Source: an uncultured Desulfarculus sp. (GTDB taxonomy: Bacteria; Desulfobacterota; Desulfarculia; Desulfarculales; Desulfarculaceae). From it: a DNA stretch of 64,000 bases. Under the pieces are notes generated by a model. The model did not search any database. It was not told the origin of the DNA and saw only the letters and a list, made by a program, of their open reading frames with translations. Both the position numbers and the translations under genes were made by a program. Where the stretch lies: assembly GCA_963665125.2 (NCBI GenBank), contig CAXXUK010000002.1:768001-832000 (forward strand), given 5' to 3'. Positions 50,034 through 59,596 of the stretch are shown in pieces; the stretch's first letter is position 1, and the number at the start of each line of letters is the position of its first letter.

Positions 50034-51395
50034 TTAGAAAAATTCCAGGCTCACGGTGAGCAGTTTTTCCACCTTGGACAGCACCTTGGTCAGCAGGAAT
50101 ATCACCAGGTGATCGCCGGGCTGGATAACCGTGTCGCCGGTGGGTATCTCCACCTCGCCCTGGCGCACCACGGCGGCCACCAGGGCGCCCTCGGGAATCT
50201 TGACCTTGCTCAGGGGCTTGCCCACCAGGGCCGAGGTGTCCTGGGCCTCCACCTCGATGACCTCGGCACCCTCGTCGCGGATGGAACTGACGGCCAGGAC
50301 CTTGCCCCGACGCAGATAGCGCAGGATGGCCCCCACCGCGGCGAAGCGCGGGCTGACCACCATGTCCAGGCCCAGGGAGCTGACCAGGGGCACGTAGCCC
50401 AGGTGGGCCACCCTGGCCACGGTGCGCCGCGCGCCCATCTTTTTACCCATCAGGGCGATGAGCACGTTGTCTTCCTCGTCATCGGTGACCGCGGCGAAGA
50501 CATCGCTGGCGCCGATGTTTTCTTCCTTCAAGAGGGTGAGGTCGGTGCCGTTGCCGTGGAGGACGATAACGTCTTCGAGGACGTCCACCAACTGCTCACA
50601 GCGTTTTTCGCTCTTTTCGATGATCCTGGTTTTGATATCCCGGTGGATGGCCTGTTCGGCCACATGGCTGCCGATGGCTCCGCCGCCGACCACGACAAGC
50701 TTGCGCACCGGATCGCTTTTGAGGCCGAAATATTCAATGACCTGGTCGATGTCCTCTTCCCTGGCCACCACGTAGGCCGTGTCGTCGGCCCGCATGTGGT
50801 CGTCGCCCCGGGGGATGATCACCGTGCCCTCGCGCTCGATGGCCGCCACCAGAAACAGCGGCCGTCCCGGAACACGGACCTCTTTCAGGGGCGATTTGAG
50901 AATGGAGCTGGTCACCGGCATTTTAAGGCCCAGCAGTTTGACCCGGCCCTCGGCGAAGTCGGTCACAGAAGACGCGGCCGGGACGCTGATGAATTGCAGG
51001 ATCTGGCGGGCCACCTCCCGTTCGGGATTGATCACCATGTCCACGCCGAAGTCCTTGGCGTCGTTATCCTCGAAAAATGCAAGGTATTCCGATGAGCGGA
51101 TACGGGCGACCTTGGTCACGCTGGGGGCCAGGAGATCGGCGAAACGGCAGGCCGTCATGTTCACTTCGTCGGAGTCGGTGACGGCCACCACCAGGTCGAC
51201 GTCATTGACTCCGGCGGTTTTAAGCACGCTGGGGCTCGATCCCTTGCCCACCAGGGTCTGGACGTCCATCTGTTCGTTGACGGCTCTGATCTTGTTGATG
51301 TCCTGGTCGACGAGAACCACGTGGTGGTTTTCCCGGGATAGGCGCATGGCCGTATGATAGCCGACCTCTCCAGCGCCGATGATCAGGATTCTCAC
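50034..51395 (-). CDS. trkA: Trk potassium uptake regulatory protein
   Basis: two RCK domains (GAGEVG, GGGAIG), VTDSDEVN. Confidence 0.95.
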   Translation of the reverse strand: MRILIIGAGEVGYHTAMRLSRENHHVVLVDQDINKIRAVNEQMDVQTLVGKGSSPSVLKTAGVNDVDLVVAVTDSDEVNMTACRFADLLAPSVTKVARIRSSEYLAFFEDNDAKDFGVDMVINPEREVARQILQFISVPAASSVTDFAEGRVKLLGLKMPVTSSILKSPLKEVRVPGRPLFLVAAIEREGTVIIPRGDDHMRADDTAYVVAREEDIDQVIEYFGLKSDPVRKLVVVGGGAIGSHVAEQAIHRDIKTRIIEKSEKRCEQLVDVLEDVIVLHGNGTDLTLLKEENIGASDVFAAVTDDEEDNVLIALMGKKMGARRTVARVAHLGYVPLVSSLGLDMVVSPRFAAVGAILRYLRRGKVLAVSSIRDEGAEVIEVEAQDTSALVGKPLSKVKIPEGALVAAVVRQGEVEIPTGDTVIQPGDHLVIFLLTKVLSKVEKLLTVSLEFF

Positions 51396-51476
51396 TGTAA
51401 CCCTCCCGCGACAGTGCTCAGGGCCGCCAAAGTCAACGGCCCCTGGATGTCAGGTTAGCACCAGGACATTGAAGAA

Positions 51477-52631
51477 TCAACGGACCTTGGCCACCAGCCC
51501 GGCCAGGAAGTCGGCGATGCGCCGCTCGAAGACCGGGACGTCAAACAACAGAGCATGATCGGTCAGTGCCTGCTTGTCAAGCTTGTCGCCGTTCAAAAGC
51601 ATGATGGCCTCAAGTAGCGCTTCCACGGTTTGTTCCGTGAAAAAACGCCCGGTCCGGGGCCTGCCGTCGGGGTCGTCGTCACGGCCCACCACCGTCTCCA
51701 GAGCCCCGCCCTTGGCATAGGCGATCACCGGGGTGCCGCTGGCCATGGCCTCCAGGGGCGTGATGCCGAAGTCTTCCTCGCCGCAGAATAAAAAAGCCTT
51801 GGCCCCGGCGTAGAGGCCGGGCAGGGCCTCGTCGGGCTGCCAGCCCAAAAACTCCACCGTGGGTCCGGCCATGGCCCGCAGCGTCGGTTCCTCGGGGCCC
51901 GTGCCGGCCACCTTCAGCGGCAGGTTGGCCTTGGTGCAGGCCTTTACGGCCAGATCAACTTTTTTATACGGGGCCAAGGCGCTGAGCACGAGGTAGTAGC
52001 CGCCTTGGGGCCCGCCGGGGACGAAGCGTCCGGCCTCCACCGGCGGATGGATCACCTGGGCATCGCGGTTGTAGCAGCGCCGGATGCGCCCGGCCACGTG
52101 GGCGCTGTTGGCGATGTATTGATGAACCCGCCCGGCCGTGGCCACGTCCCAGCGTTGCAGCCGGGGCCGCACAAGAGGCATTACTTTTGAGGCCAGGCCG
52201 CCCTGGTCCTTGCCGAAATAGGCGTCGTACATATCCCATATATAGCGCATGGGAGTGTGCATGTAACACACGTGCGTTGCCCCTTCGGGAGCGCGCAGGC
52301 CCTTTATTACGCAGTGGCTGGTGCTAAGCAGCAGATCGCAGTCCGGCACCCGCAGGCCCTCGGCGGCCCTGGGAAACAGCGGCAGATAATGGCGGTAGCG
52401 CTTGGCCGCCATGGGCAGCTTTTGCACGAACGAGGTGCGGATGGGCCGGTCCTCAATGAGCTTCGAAACGCTGCCCTTGATATGCAAAAGCGTCAGCAGC
52501 GGGGCGTCGGGAAACAGGCGGCAAAAACTCTCCAGGACCTTTTCGCCGCCGCGCATGCCCGTAAGCCAGTCATGGGCCAGCACCACCCGCAGGCCTGCTA
52601 GTTCGGGCCGCATTCGGGCGGCGGTGGCCAT
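51477..52631 (-). CDS. glycosyltransferase family 4
   Basis: HDWLTGMRGGEKV, HTPMRY, EEDFGITPLEAMASG. Confidence 0.92.
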   Translation of the reverse strand: MATAARMRPELAGLRVVLAHDWLTGMRGGEKVLESFCRLFPDAPLLTLLHIKGSVSKLIEDRPIRTSFVQKLPMAAKRYRHYLPLFPRAAEGLRVPDCDLLLSTSHCVIKGLRAPEGATHVCYMHTPMRYIWDMYDAYFGKDQGGLASKVMPLVRPRLQRWDVATAGRVHQYIANSAHVAGRIRRCYNRDAQVIHPPVEAGRFVPGGPQGGYYLVLSALAPYKKVDLAVKACTKANLPLKVAGTGPEEPTLRAMAGPTVEFLGWQPDEALPGLYAGAKAFLFCGEEDFGITPLEAMASGTPVIAYAKGGALETVVGRDDDPDGRPRTGRFFTEQTVEALLEAIMLLNGDKLDKQALTDHALLFDVPVFERRIADFLAGLVAKVR

Positions 52632-52634
52632 GGG

Positions 52635-53714
52635 TCAGGCCGCCTTCAGATGGGTTTTATAGGCCTGCAATGTCGCCTGGGCCGCTTTTTGCCAGGTGAA
52701 CTTGGCGGCCTGATTGGGGCCGTCCTGGCGCAGGCGCGCGGCCGTTTCCGGCTGGGTCAATACATGATTTAGTTCGTTGGCCAGGGCCTCGGGCTCGGGC
52801 GGGCACATCAGGCCGGCGGTGCCCACCACCTCGGGCAGGGACGCGGCGTTGCTGCTCACCAGGGGCGCGCCGCAGGCCAGGGCCTCCAGGGCGGGCAGGC
52901 CGAAGCCTTCATACAGCGAGGGGATGCATACGGCGTCGGCCGCGCCATAAGCAGTCGCCAGGAACTCGTCGTTGATTTCCGGGACAAACCGGACATCCGG
53001 GCCGGGTTTGGCCCCGCGCATCTGGCCCTTGGTCACTCCGGCCAAGACCAGGGGCGGAGCGTCCTTGAGCAGACCGTGGGCCTGGATCAACGCGCCGAGA
53101 TTCTTGTGGGGTTTGGGGTTGCCCACGCCCAGGATGAACCGGGTCGGCAGACCGGCCTTTTGGGCGGCGGCCGCGCGCTGGTCTTCAGGGATGGGCCTGA
53201 ACTGCGGGCCCACACCGTTGGGTGTGACCACGACCTTGTCCCTGGAAACACCCAGCAACTCCACAATGTCGTTTCTGGAGTGCTCGCTCACCGTGAAGAC
53301 GACCCCGGCCTTGCGGGCCGCAGGGGTGACCACGTACTTGTAGTACAGCTTGTGCTTGAGGCCGTAGTCTCCGGGAAAGCGCAAGTGGATAAGGTCGTGG
53401 ATGGTCACGGCCATGGCGCCTTCATAGACCACCGGCGCGCCGTAGAACGGGCAGTGGTAGATGTCGATATCCATGGCCCTCAGCACCGTGGGCAGCTTGA
53501 GTTGGCCGGCGATGCCGTAGGGCGGAAAATTGGCCGCCACGCATACCAGGCGCGGGTCCTTGGGAAAGGCCGCGGCGTGTTCGGGTTTGCGCACGAGCAC
53601 GGCCACGGCCAAGTCCTGGCGCAGATCCATCATGGCCCGCAGCAGCTCCAGGCCGTAGCGGGCCATACCGTGCATGTGGCCTTCATAGATGCGCATGTCA
53701 AAACAGAGCTTCAC
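52635..53714 (-). CDS. glycosyltransferase family 4
   Basis: TIHDL, KPHKN, SLYEGFGLPALEA. Confidence 0.92.
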   Translation of the reverse strand: MKLCFDMRIYEGHMHGMARYGLELLRAMMDLRQDLAVAVLVRKPEHAAAFPKDPRLVCVAANFPPYGIAGQLKLPTVLRAMDIDIYHCPFYGAPVVYEGAMAVTIHDLIHLRFPGDYGLKHKLYYKYVVTPAARKAGVVFTVSEHSRNDIVELLGVSRDKVVVTPNGVGPQFRPIPEDQRAAAAQKAGLPTRFILGVGNPKPHKNLGALIQAHGLLKDAPPLVLAGVTKGQMRGAKPGPDVRFVPEINDEFLATAYGAADAVCIPSLYEGFGLPALEALACGAPLVSSNAASLPEVVGTAGLMCPPEPEALANELNHVLTQPETAARLRQDGPNQAAKFTWQKAAQATLQAYKTHLKAA

Positions 53715-54844
53715 TTGTTCTCCTCGGCGGCCCGTTGGTATACGGCCAGGGTCTGGCGGGCCGCCTCATCCCAGGAAAAGGCGGCGGCGTGTTTGGGCCC
53801 GGCCTGGGCCAGATCATAACGCAGAGCCTCGTCGGCCATCAAGCGGGCCAAACCGGCGGCGATATCGTCGATGTCGAGCGGGTCCACCAATACGGCGTCG
53901 TCGCCCACAACCTCGGGCAGGGCCCCGGCGTTTCCGGCCAACACCGGCGCGCCGCAGGCCAGGGCCTCCAGGGCGGGCAGGCCGAAGCCCTCGTGCAGCG
54001 ACGGAAAGGCGAAGGCCAGGGCCAGGTTCAACAGCACGGGCAGGTCCTCGCCGGGCAGATAACCGGTGAACACCAGGCGCTTGTCCTTGGCCAGGGAGCC
54101 TATATCGGCCAACAGCTTGTCGGCCAGCCAGGCCTTTTGGCCGGTGATGACCAGCTTGCATTGGGGCATGACCTGGTCGGCGGCCTTGAGAAAAGCCGGG
54201 ACCAGCCGGGCCAGGTTTTTGCGGGGCTCGATATTGCCCAAAAACATCACAAAAGGCCCGTCCAAGCCGTAGCGGTAGCGGGCCGATTGCAGGGTGTTTT
54301 CATCGTCGATGGGCCGGAATTCGCCGCGGGCCGCCTCGTGGATCACCGTGACGCGGTCCTGGCCCAGGCCCAGCACTTCGCGCAAATCTTCGGCCGTGGC
54401 CCGGCTGGGGGCGATGAACCGGGCCTTGCCGGCGGCCAGCTTTTGCAGATGCCAGCGCATGTAGGCCGCGTATTTGCCGGGGATGGTTTCTGCTAGGGTG
54501 AACGGCACAAGGTCGTGCACCGTGACCACCGTGGCGGCCTTGGCCTTGTAGGGCACCAGCATGGCCGGGCCGTGGAACACGTCGATATTCCGCTTGTTCA
54601 GGGCCCGGGGCAGGACCAGGTGTTCCCACACGTCGCCCATGGGGTGGCTCTCCTGCACGAACGCGGCGTGGATCATCTCGCCAGCGGGCAGGCTGTCCAG
54701 ACACTTTATATTGTCCAGACGGGCCAGCAGACTGATCTGTTGTTCCGGGGCCACCCGGCCCATTGCCGCCAGCAGGCTCAGCACGTAGTTGCCCACTCCC
54801 GTGCGGCGGGGGGTGACGCTGCGTATGTCCAGGCAGACTTTCAA
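53711..54844 (-). CDS. glycosyltransferase family 4
   Basis: TVHDL, EPRKN, SLHEGFGLPALEA. Confidence 0.92.
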   Translation of the reverse strand: MKVCLDIRSVTPRRTGVGNYVLSLLAAMGRVAPEQQISLLARLDNIKCLDSLPAGEMIHAAFVQESHPMGDVWEHLVLPRALNKRNIDVFHGPAMLVPYKAKAATVVTVHDLVPFTLAETIPGKYAAYMRWHLQKLAAGKARFIAPSRATAEDLREVLGLGQDRVTVIHEAARGEFRPIDDENTLQSARYRYGLDGPFVMFLGNIEPRKNLARLVPAFLKAADQVMPQCKLVITGQKAWLADKLLADIGSLAKDKRLVFTGYLPGEDLPVLLNLALAFAFPSLHEGFGLPALEALACGAPVLAGNAGALPEVVGDDAVLVDPLDIDDIAAGLARLMADEALRYDLAQAGPKHAAAFSWDEAARQTLAVYQRAAEENK

Positions 54845-54847
54845 AAC

Positions 54848-55819
54848 TTAATCTTTGTCAGCGTCGGGTTCGCTGCGGTTTACCACCTTGAGCACGGTGT
54901 AGATGGGCTTTTGCTGGGTCTCGTAATAGGTGCGCACCTGCAATTCGCCCAACAGGCCCATGGAGATCATCTGGATGCCCACCAGCATCAGCAGCACGGC
55001 CAGGATCAGGCCGGGCTTGCCCCACATGGGCTGACCGAAAAACAGTTTGAGGATGGTGTAATAAAGGGCCAGCAGGAAGCCCAGACCGCCGGAAACCAAG
55101 CCCCACTTGCCGAAGATCTGGATGGGCTTGGTGGAATACGACAGCAGGAACTTCACGGCGATAAGGTCCAACAACACCCTGGGCGTGCGGCCGATTCCGT
55201 ATTTGGTCTTGCCGGCCGTGCGGGGGCGGTGGTTCACCGGCACCTCGATGATCTTGACGCCCATCAGCGAGGCGATGGCCGGGATGAAACGGTGCATTTC
55301 GCCGTAGAGCCGGATGCTTTGCACCACCTCCTTGCGGAAGGCCTTGAGGGTGCAGCCGTAGTCGTGCAGATGCACGTCGGTGATCTTGCTGATCAGGCCG
55401 TTGGCCAGCTTGGAGGGCAGCTTGCGGTTGATGTAGGCGTCCTGGCGGTCATAGCGCCACCCGGCGGCGATGTCGTAGCCCTCGTCCAGCTTGGCGATGA
55501 GCTTGGGTATGTCGTGGGGGTCGTTTTGGCGGTCGCCGTCCATGGTCACTACGATCTCGCCCCGGCTGTAATCGAAGCCCGCGCTCATGGCCGCGGTCTG
55601 GCCGAAATTGCGCCGGAAACGCACCAGCACGGTGCGTGGCTGCTCGGCGGCCAGGCGCTCGAGAATGCCGAAGGTCTCGTCGCTGCTGCCGTCGTCGACA
55701 AAGATGATCTCATAATCCAGACCCATGCCTTGCAGCACGGCGTGCACCTCTTCATGCAGCGGCTCGACGTTTTCCGCCTCGTTGTAGACCGGAACGACCA
55801 CAGATAGGTCCAAGATCAT
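54848..55819 (-). CDS. glycosyltransferase family 2 (polyprenyl-phosphate glycosyltransferase, ArnC/GtrB-like)
   Basis: VVPVYNE, VDDGSSD, RNFGQTAA, MDGDRQNDP, two C-terminal TM helices. Confidence 0.92.
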   Translation of the reverse strand: MILDLSVVVPVYNEAENVEPLHEEVHAVLQGMGLDYEIIFVDDGSSDETFGILERLAAEQPRTVLVRFRRNFGQTAAMSAGFDYSRGEIVVTMDGDRQNDPHDIPKLIAKLDEGYDIAAGWRYDRQDAYINRKLPSKLANGLISKITDVHLHDYGCTLKAFRKEVVQSIRLYGEMHRFIPAIASLMGVKIIEVPVNHRPRTAGKTKYGIGRTPRVLLDLIAVKFLLSYSTKPIQIFGKWGLVSGGLGFLLALYYTILKLFFGQPMWGKPGLILAVLLMLVGIQMISMGLLGELQVRTYYETQQKPIYTVLKVVNRSEPDADKD

Positions 55820-56370
55820 GCCTCCCAATCAAGCCGGGCGATGGCCGCGCGGCGAAAACGGAACCAGGCACCCCAGGCGGCCAGGGGCGCCAAAACCAGC
55901 ACCTCCCAGATGGCGGCCTTGAGGTCGTGCCAAAACACCTGGGCGCTGAGCCCTCGCTTTACGTCGGAGAACACCCAGTAGTCCGTACGGAAATATTCAC
56001 CGCTCAGGGGCCACAACAGCGGCACCCCGTGGGGCGGCAGGGTGTCCAAAGTCAGATAGTCCACCAAGACATGGCTGGCCCAGACCATGAATCCGGCCCA
56101 GCCCCACCACCAGCCCTCGCCGCCGCGCTTGCGGCCCACGGCGGCCATGACCAGGCCGCAGAGCACTGCCGCGCCCAGGGAATGGCTGGCTCCGTGGTGC
56201 CAGGCGGCGATGTCGCCCGTTATCAGGCCGGGGATGAAGTCCAGGTCCGCCGCCATGCCCAGAGCCGCGAACAGCACCAGGTCGGCCTTGGGGCCGATGA
56301 GGTCGTGGCGTCCCGTGGCCAGGCTGCCGGCGGCGATGGCGGCCAGGGCGTGTCCGATGGGCGTGGCCAC
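55816..56370 (-). CDS. membrane metal-dependent hydrolase (YdjM-like)
   Basis: GHAL, ADLD, HHGASHSL, SHVLVD, GVPLLWP. Confidence 0.82.
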   Translation of the reverse strand: MATPIGHALAAIAAGSLATGRHDLIGPKADLVLFAALGMAADLDFIPGLITGDIAAWHHGASHSLGAAVLCGLVMAAVGRKRGGEGWWWGWAGFMVWASHVLVDYLTLDTLPPHGVPLLWPLSGEYFRTDYWVFSDVKRGLSAQVFWHDLKAAIWEVLVLAPLAAWGAWFRFRRAAIARLDWEA

Positions 56371-57555
56371 CTAGCGCGCCCCCATCTGGGCCAGACCGGC
56401 GTTGAAGATGTCTTCGTAGCGGCGGCCTCCGGCCTCCCAGGAAAACTCCTGTTCCACCCGCTTGCGGGCGGCCTCGCCCTTGGCCTTGCAGATTTCGGGG
56501 TCCCTCAGAAGCTCCAGGATGGCCCCGGCCAGGCCCTGGGGCGTCTTGTCCGCCGCGAAGGCCCCGGTGTCGCCCAGGAAACGGCGGTTGTTCTTGTTGT
56601 CGAAACAGGCCACGGGCAGCCCGCCGCCCATGTAGTTGATGATCTTGCCGCTGGCCTCGCCGGCCACGTCTTCCTTGGGGTCCACGGCCACGTCGCCGAT
56701 GCGCAGGTAGTCGGGCAGCTCGAAATAGTCCACCCGGCCCATGAACTTGACGTGGTCGGCCACGCCCAGCTTGTTCACCAGGGCCTGGCTGTGCTCCACC
56801 GGATAACCCACCACCAGGAACAGGGCGTCAGGTACTTCTTTTAGGACATGGGGTATGGCGTTGAAATAGTTGTCCGTGCCCTTGCTGCTCAGTAGCGCGC
56901 CGGTGTAGAGCACAATGGGCCGGGCCGGGTCGAGGCCCAGTTCGGCCTTGAGGTCGCGGTCGGCCTGGCCGTCGAAAAAGCCCATGTGCACGCCATCGAT
57001 GATGGTGTGCACCCGCTGGGCTGGCAGGCCCATGTTTTGCTCCAGGAATATGCCCACGTCGTCGTTGCTGGCCACCGACTGTTCGCAGGCCCGGGTGATG
57101 AGCTTTTCCATCAGCTTGAAGCCGGGCCGCACGAAGGGCACCTTGTCCAGCCAGCCGTAGGAGTCCAACTCCATGGTCAGGCTGCCCTGGACGTCAAAGA
57201 CAACGGGGAGCTTCTTGCGGGTGATGGTCCGGGCGGCCAGACCGATCATGGCTCCTTCATGCAAATGGCCGTGGATCACGTCGGGCTGGAAGCGGTTGAT
57301 GGCCTTGACCGTTTCCACCAGCAGCAGCCAATCCAGATAAAACTTGCCCAGGGCCGGTCCGGCCTCGAGCTTGTTGTACCAGGGCACGTTTTTGATGCGC
57401 ACCGTGGGTACGCCTTCGATGTCCCGGCCGAGGTGATAGGTCACCAGCAGTACTTCGTGGCCCCGGCGTTGCAGGGCCTGGACCTCGCCGAGAATGCGCA
57501 TGTGGCAGCCCCTGTCGGCGAAATAAGGCGTGGGGGCGATTCCCAAAATCTTCAT
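56371..57555 (-). CDS. glycosyltransferase family 4
   Basis: GT-B pattern: LYTGALLSSKG, FMGRV, GKIINYMGGGLPV. Confidence 0.88.
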   Translation of the reverse strand: MKILGIAPTPYFADRGCHMRILGEVQALQRRGHEVLLVTYHLGRDIEGVPTVRIKNVPWYNKLEAGPALGKFYLDWLLLVETVKAINRFQPDVIHGHLHEGAMIGLAARTITRKKLPVVFDVQGSLTMELDSYGWLDKVPFVRPGFKLMEKLITRACEQSVASNDDVGIFLEQNMGLPAQRVHTIIDGVHMGFFDGQADRDLKAELGLDPARPIVLYTGALLSSKGTDNYFNAIPHVLKEVPDALFLVVGYPVEHSQALVNKLGVADHVKFMGRVDYFELPDYLRIGDVAVDPKEDVAGEASGKIINYMGGGLPVACFDNKNNRRFLGDTGAFAADKTPQGLAGAILELLRDPEICKAKGEAARKRVEQEFSWEAGGRRYEDIFNAGLAQMGAR

Positions 57556-57597
57556 TTATATTCCCTCGGGCACGGGCAGGGACCGCGCCTTGGCATT

Positions 57598-58596
57598 TCA
57601 TGATCCGAACTTGCCAACTATAGACTCTGCAACGAAATTTTTCAAATGTTCCACGGGCGCTCCCAGGATTGTGGGCCGCCGGATGCGGTCGCAGGTCCGG
57701 CACAGCTCGAACCCGCTCAGATCGCCGGTGGCATGGGCCCGGCGCAGGGCCTTGGCTTTATCGCCGTTCCATATTTCCATCAGGCTTTGCTTGCCCGCGT
57801 CGCCAAGAACGAGCTTGCCGAAAAAATCCTGGGGGCAGGGCGTCACCACGCCGCCTGACAAAACGGCCAGTCCGTACCAGGGAAAGGTGCAGACGTTGGG
57901 CTTGGCTTGCCGGGCTTGGCCCATGTCGCCGCCCCAGTTGTGGGGCCTGCGGTGGACGGCCCTATCCAGGCCCAGGGCCTTGAGCCGGTTGATGGCCGCC
58001 TGTTGGCGGGCGTCCGGCCGGGCCTCGCCCATGGTCAGCAGGGTGACGACCGGCCGGGCCTTGCCCAGGGTGCGCCTGGCCCTCAGCAGGCGTTCCAGCC
58101 CGGCCAGGGTGCGGCCCAGGTCCGCGCCTTTGCGGGAGGCGGCATACTCGGCTGCATCCAGGCTGTCGATGGAGCAGGTCAGCAAATCGGGCGCAGCCCA
58201 CAGCAGCCCGGCAACGCGGTCTTGGTCCAGCAGGGTGGCGTTGGTGTGGATGCGCACCAGACGGGCGTTTTGTTTGAACCGTTTGATCCACAGCGGCAAG
58301 CCGGGGTGCAACAGCGGTTCGCCACGGTGGAAGAGGTTGATTTCACAGCCGATATGCTTGGCTTGACTTGCCAGAGAGGTCAGCAGGGCGTTGTCCATGT
58401 CCCGGCGGTCGGCCTCGTCCAGCAGGCGCTGGGGGCAGGCCGTGCAGCGCAGATTGCAGCGGCTGGTGATATCCACCCAAAGCCGCAATGGCCCCCGGGG
58501 CATGGTGTCGCGCCGCGACAAAAAGCCGCCGACGTGCCATAGAGGTCGGATGATTTGGGCCGGGCGGCCTATAGGTAGCCCTCCTTGACATACCAT
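57598..58596 (-). CDS. radical SAM/SPASM(twitch) domain protein
   Basis: CNLRCTAC, GEPLLHP, HTNA, CTFPW...PCPQD...IWNG...CRTC; start uncertain. Confidence 0.88.
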   Translation of the reverse strand: MVCQGGLPIGRPAQIIRPLWHVGGFLSRRDTMPRGPLRLWVDITSRCNLRCTACPQRLLDEADRRDMDNALLTSLASQAKHIGCEINLFHRGEPLLHPGLPLWIKRFKQNARLVRIHTNATLLDQDRVAGLLWAAPDLLTCSIDSLDAAEYAASRKGADLGRTLAGLERLLRARRTLGKARPVVTLLTMGEARPDARQQAAINRLKALGLDRAVHRRPHNWGGDMGQARQAKPNVCTFPWYGLAVLSGGVVTPCPQDFFGKLVLGDAGKQSLMEIWNGDKAKALRRAHATGDLSGFELCRTCDRIRRPTILGAPVEHLKNFVAESIVGKFGS

Positions 58597-59552
58597 TGAT
58601 ACGTGGCGTACAGGCCTTCGTCAATGCCCACCTTGGGCTTGTAGCCCAGATCGCGTTTGGCCTTGGAGATGTCAAAGGCCCGGTTCTGGCGGTACCAGTC
58701 CACCCGGCGGGGAAAGATCGGCGGGGCGATGCCGAAGGGCTTGCAGATCTTTTCGCAGATATGGCCCGCGACAACCACCGGCAGCACCGGATAGTGGGGG
58801 ATCTTCACATCAGTGCCCATGGCCTTGGCCACCCGTTTGACCAGTTCCTCGATGGGGTAATAGTGCTCGTCGGCGATGAGGTAGGCCTGACCCAGGCCCT
58901 TGTCCTCGTCCATGGCCAGCAGGAAGGCGTCCACCAGGTTGTCGATGTACAGCGGATGGTACAGGGTCTTGCCCGAGCCGAACATGGGGAAGGTGCCCTT
59001 CTTGACCCGGCTGTAGATCATCCAGAAACGTTCCGGATCGCCGGGGCCGTAGATGGCTGCGGGCCGCAGGATGGTGATCTTCATGCCCTGGTCCATGAAC
59101 GGACGCAGGGCCAACTCGCCGTTGTACTTGGTCTGCTGGTAATAGTCGGCCGCGTTGATGGGCGCGTCCTCGCCGCCGGGAGGGTTTTCCACGTTGCCGT
59201 GTACGCCGCAGGTGGAGCAGTAGATGAACTTGCGCACGCCGTATTCCTGGGCGATCTTGGCCGTTAGGCGGGTGCCGCCTTCGTTGACCTCGTCGTAGTA
59301 GCTGCGGGGTACGTCCATCTCCCGGAAGGCCGCCGCCAGGTGTTGGACCACCTCCACGCCCTCCATGCATTTGCGCACCACGGCCTCGTCGGTGACCGAG
59401 CCGATGATCACCTCGGCGCCCAGGTCCCGCAGGCCCTGGGGCTTGAGCCCTTCCTTGTTGTCCAGGGCCACCACTTCATGGCCAAGGCTTAATAGCCGTT
59501 CCACCAGGGCCGCACCGGTGAATCCCGTGCCTCCGGTTACCAGGATTTTCAT
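58569..59552 (-). CDS. NAD-dependent epimerase/dehydratase
   Basis: VTGGTGFTG, HLAA, YQQTK (YxxxK), RPAAIYGPG. Confidence 0.92.
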   Translation of the reverse strand: MKILVTGGTGFTGAALVERLLSLGHEVVALDNKEGLKPQGLRDLGAEVIIGSVTDEAVVRKCMEGVEVVQHLAAAFREMDVPRSYYDEVNEGGTRLTAKIAQEYGVRKFIYCSTCGVHGNVENPPGGEDAPINAADYYQQTKYNGELALRPFMDQGMKITILRPAAIYGPGDPERFWMIYSRVKKGTFPMFGSGKTLYHPLYIDNLVDAFLLAMDEDKGLGQAYLIADEHYYPIEELVKRVAKAMGTDVKIPHYPVLPVVVAGHICEKICKPFGIAPPIFPRRVDWYRQNRAFDISKAKRDLGYKPKVGIDEGLYATYQWYVKEGYL

Positions 59553-59596
59553 GCCGCTGTCTCCACATGCCCCTCCGCAGACCGGGGGCGCACAAA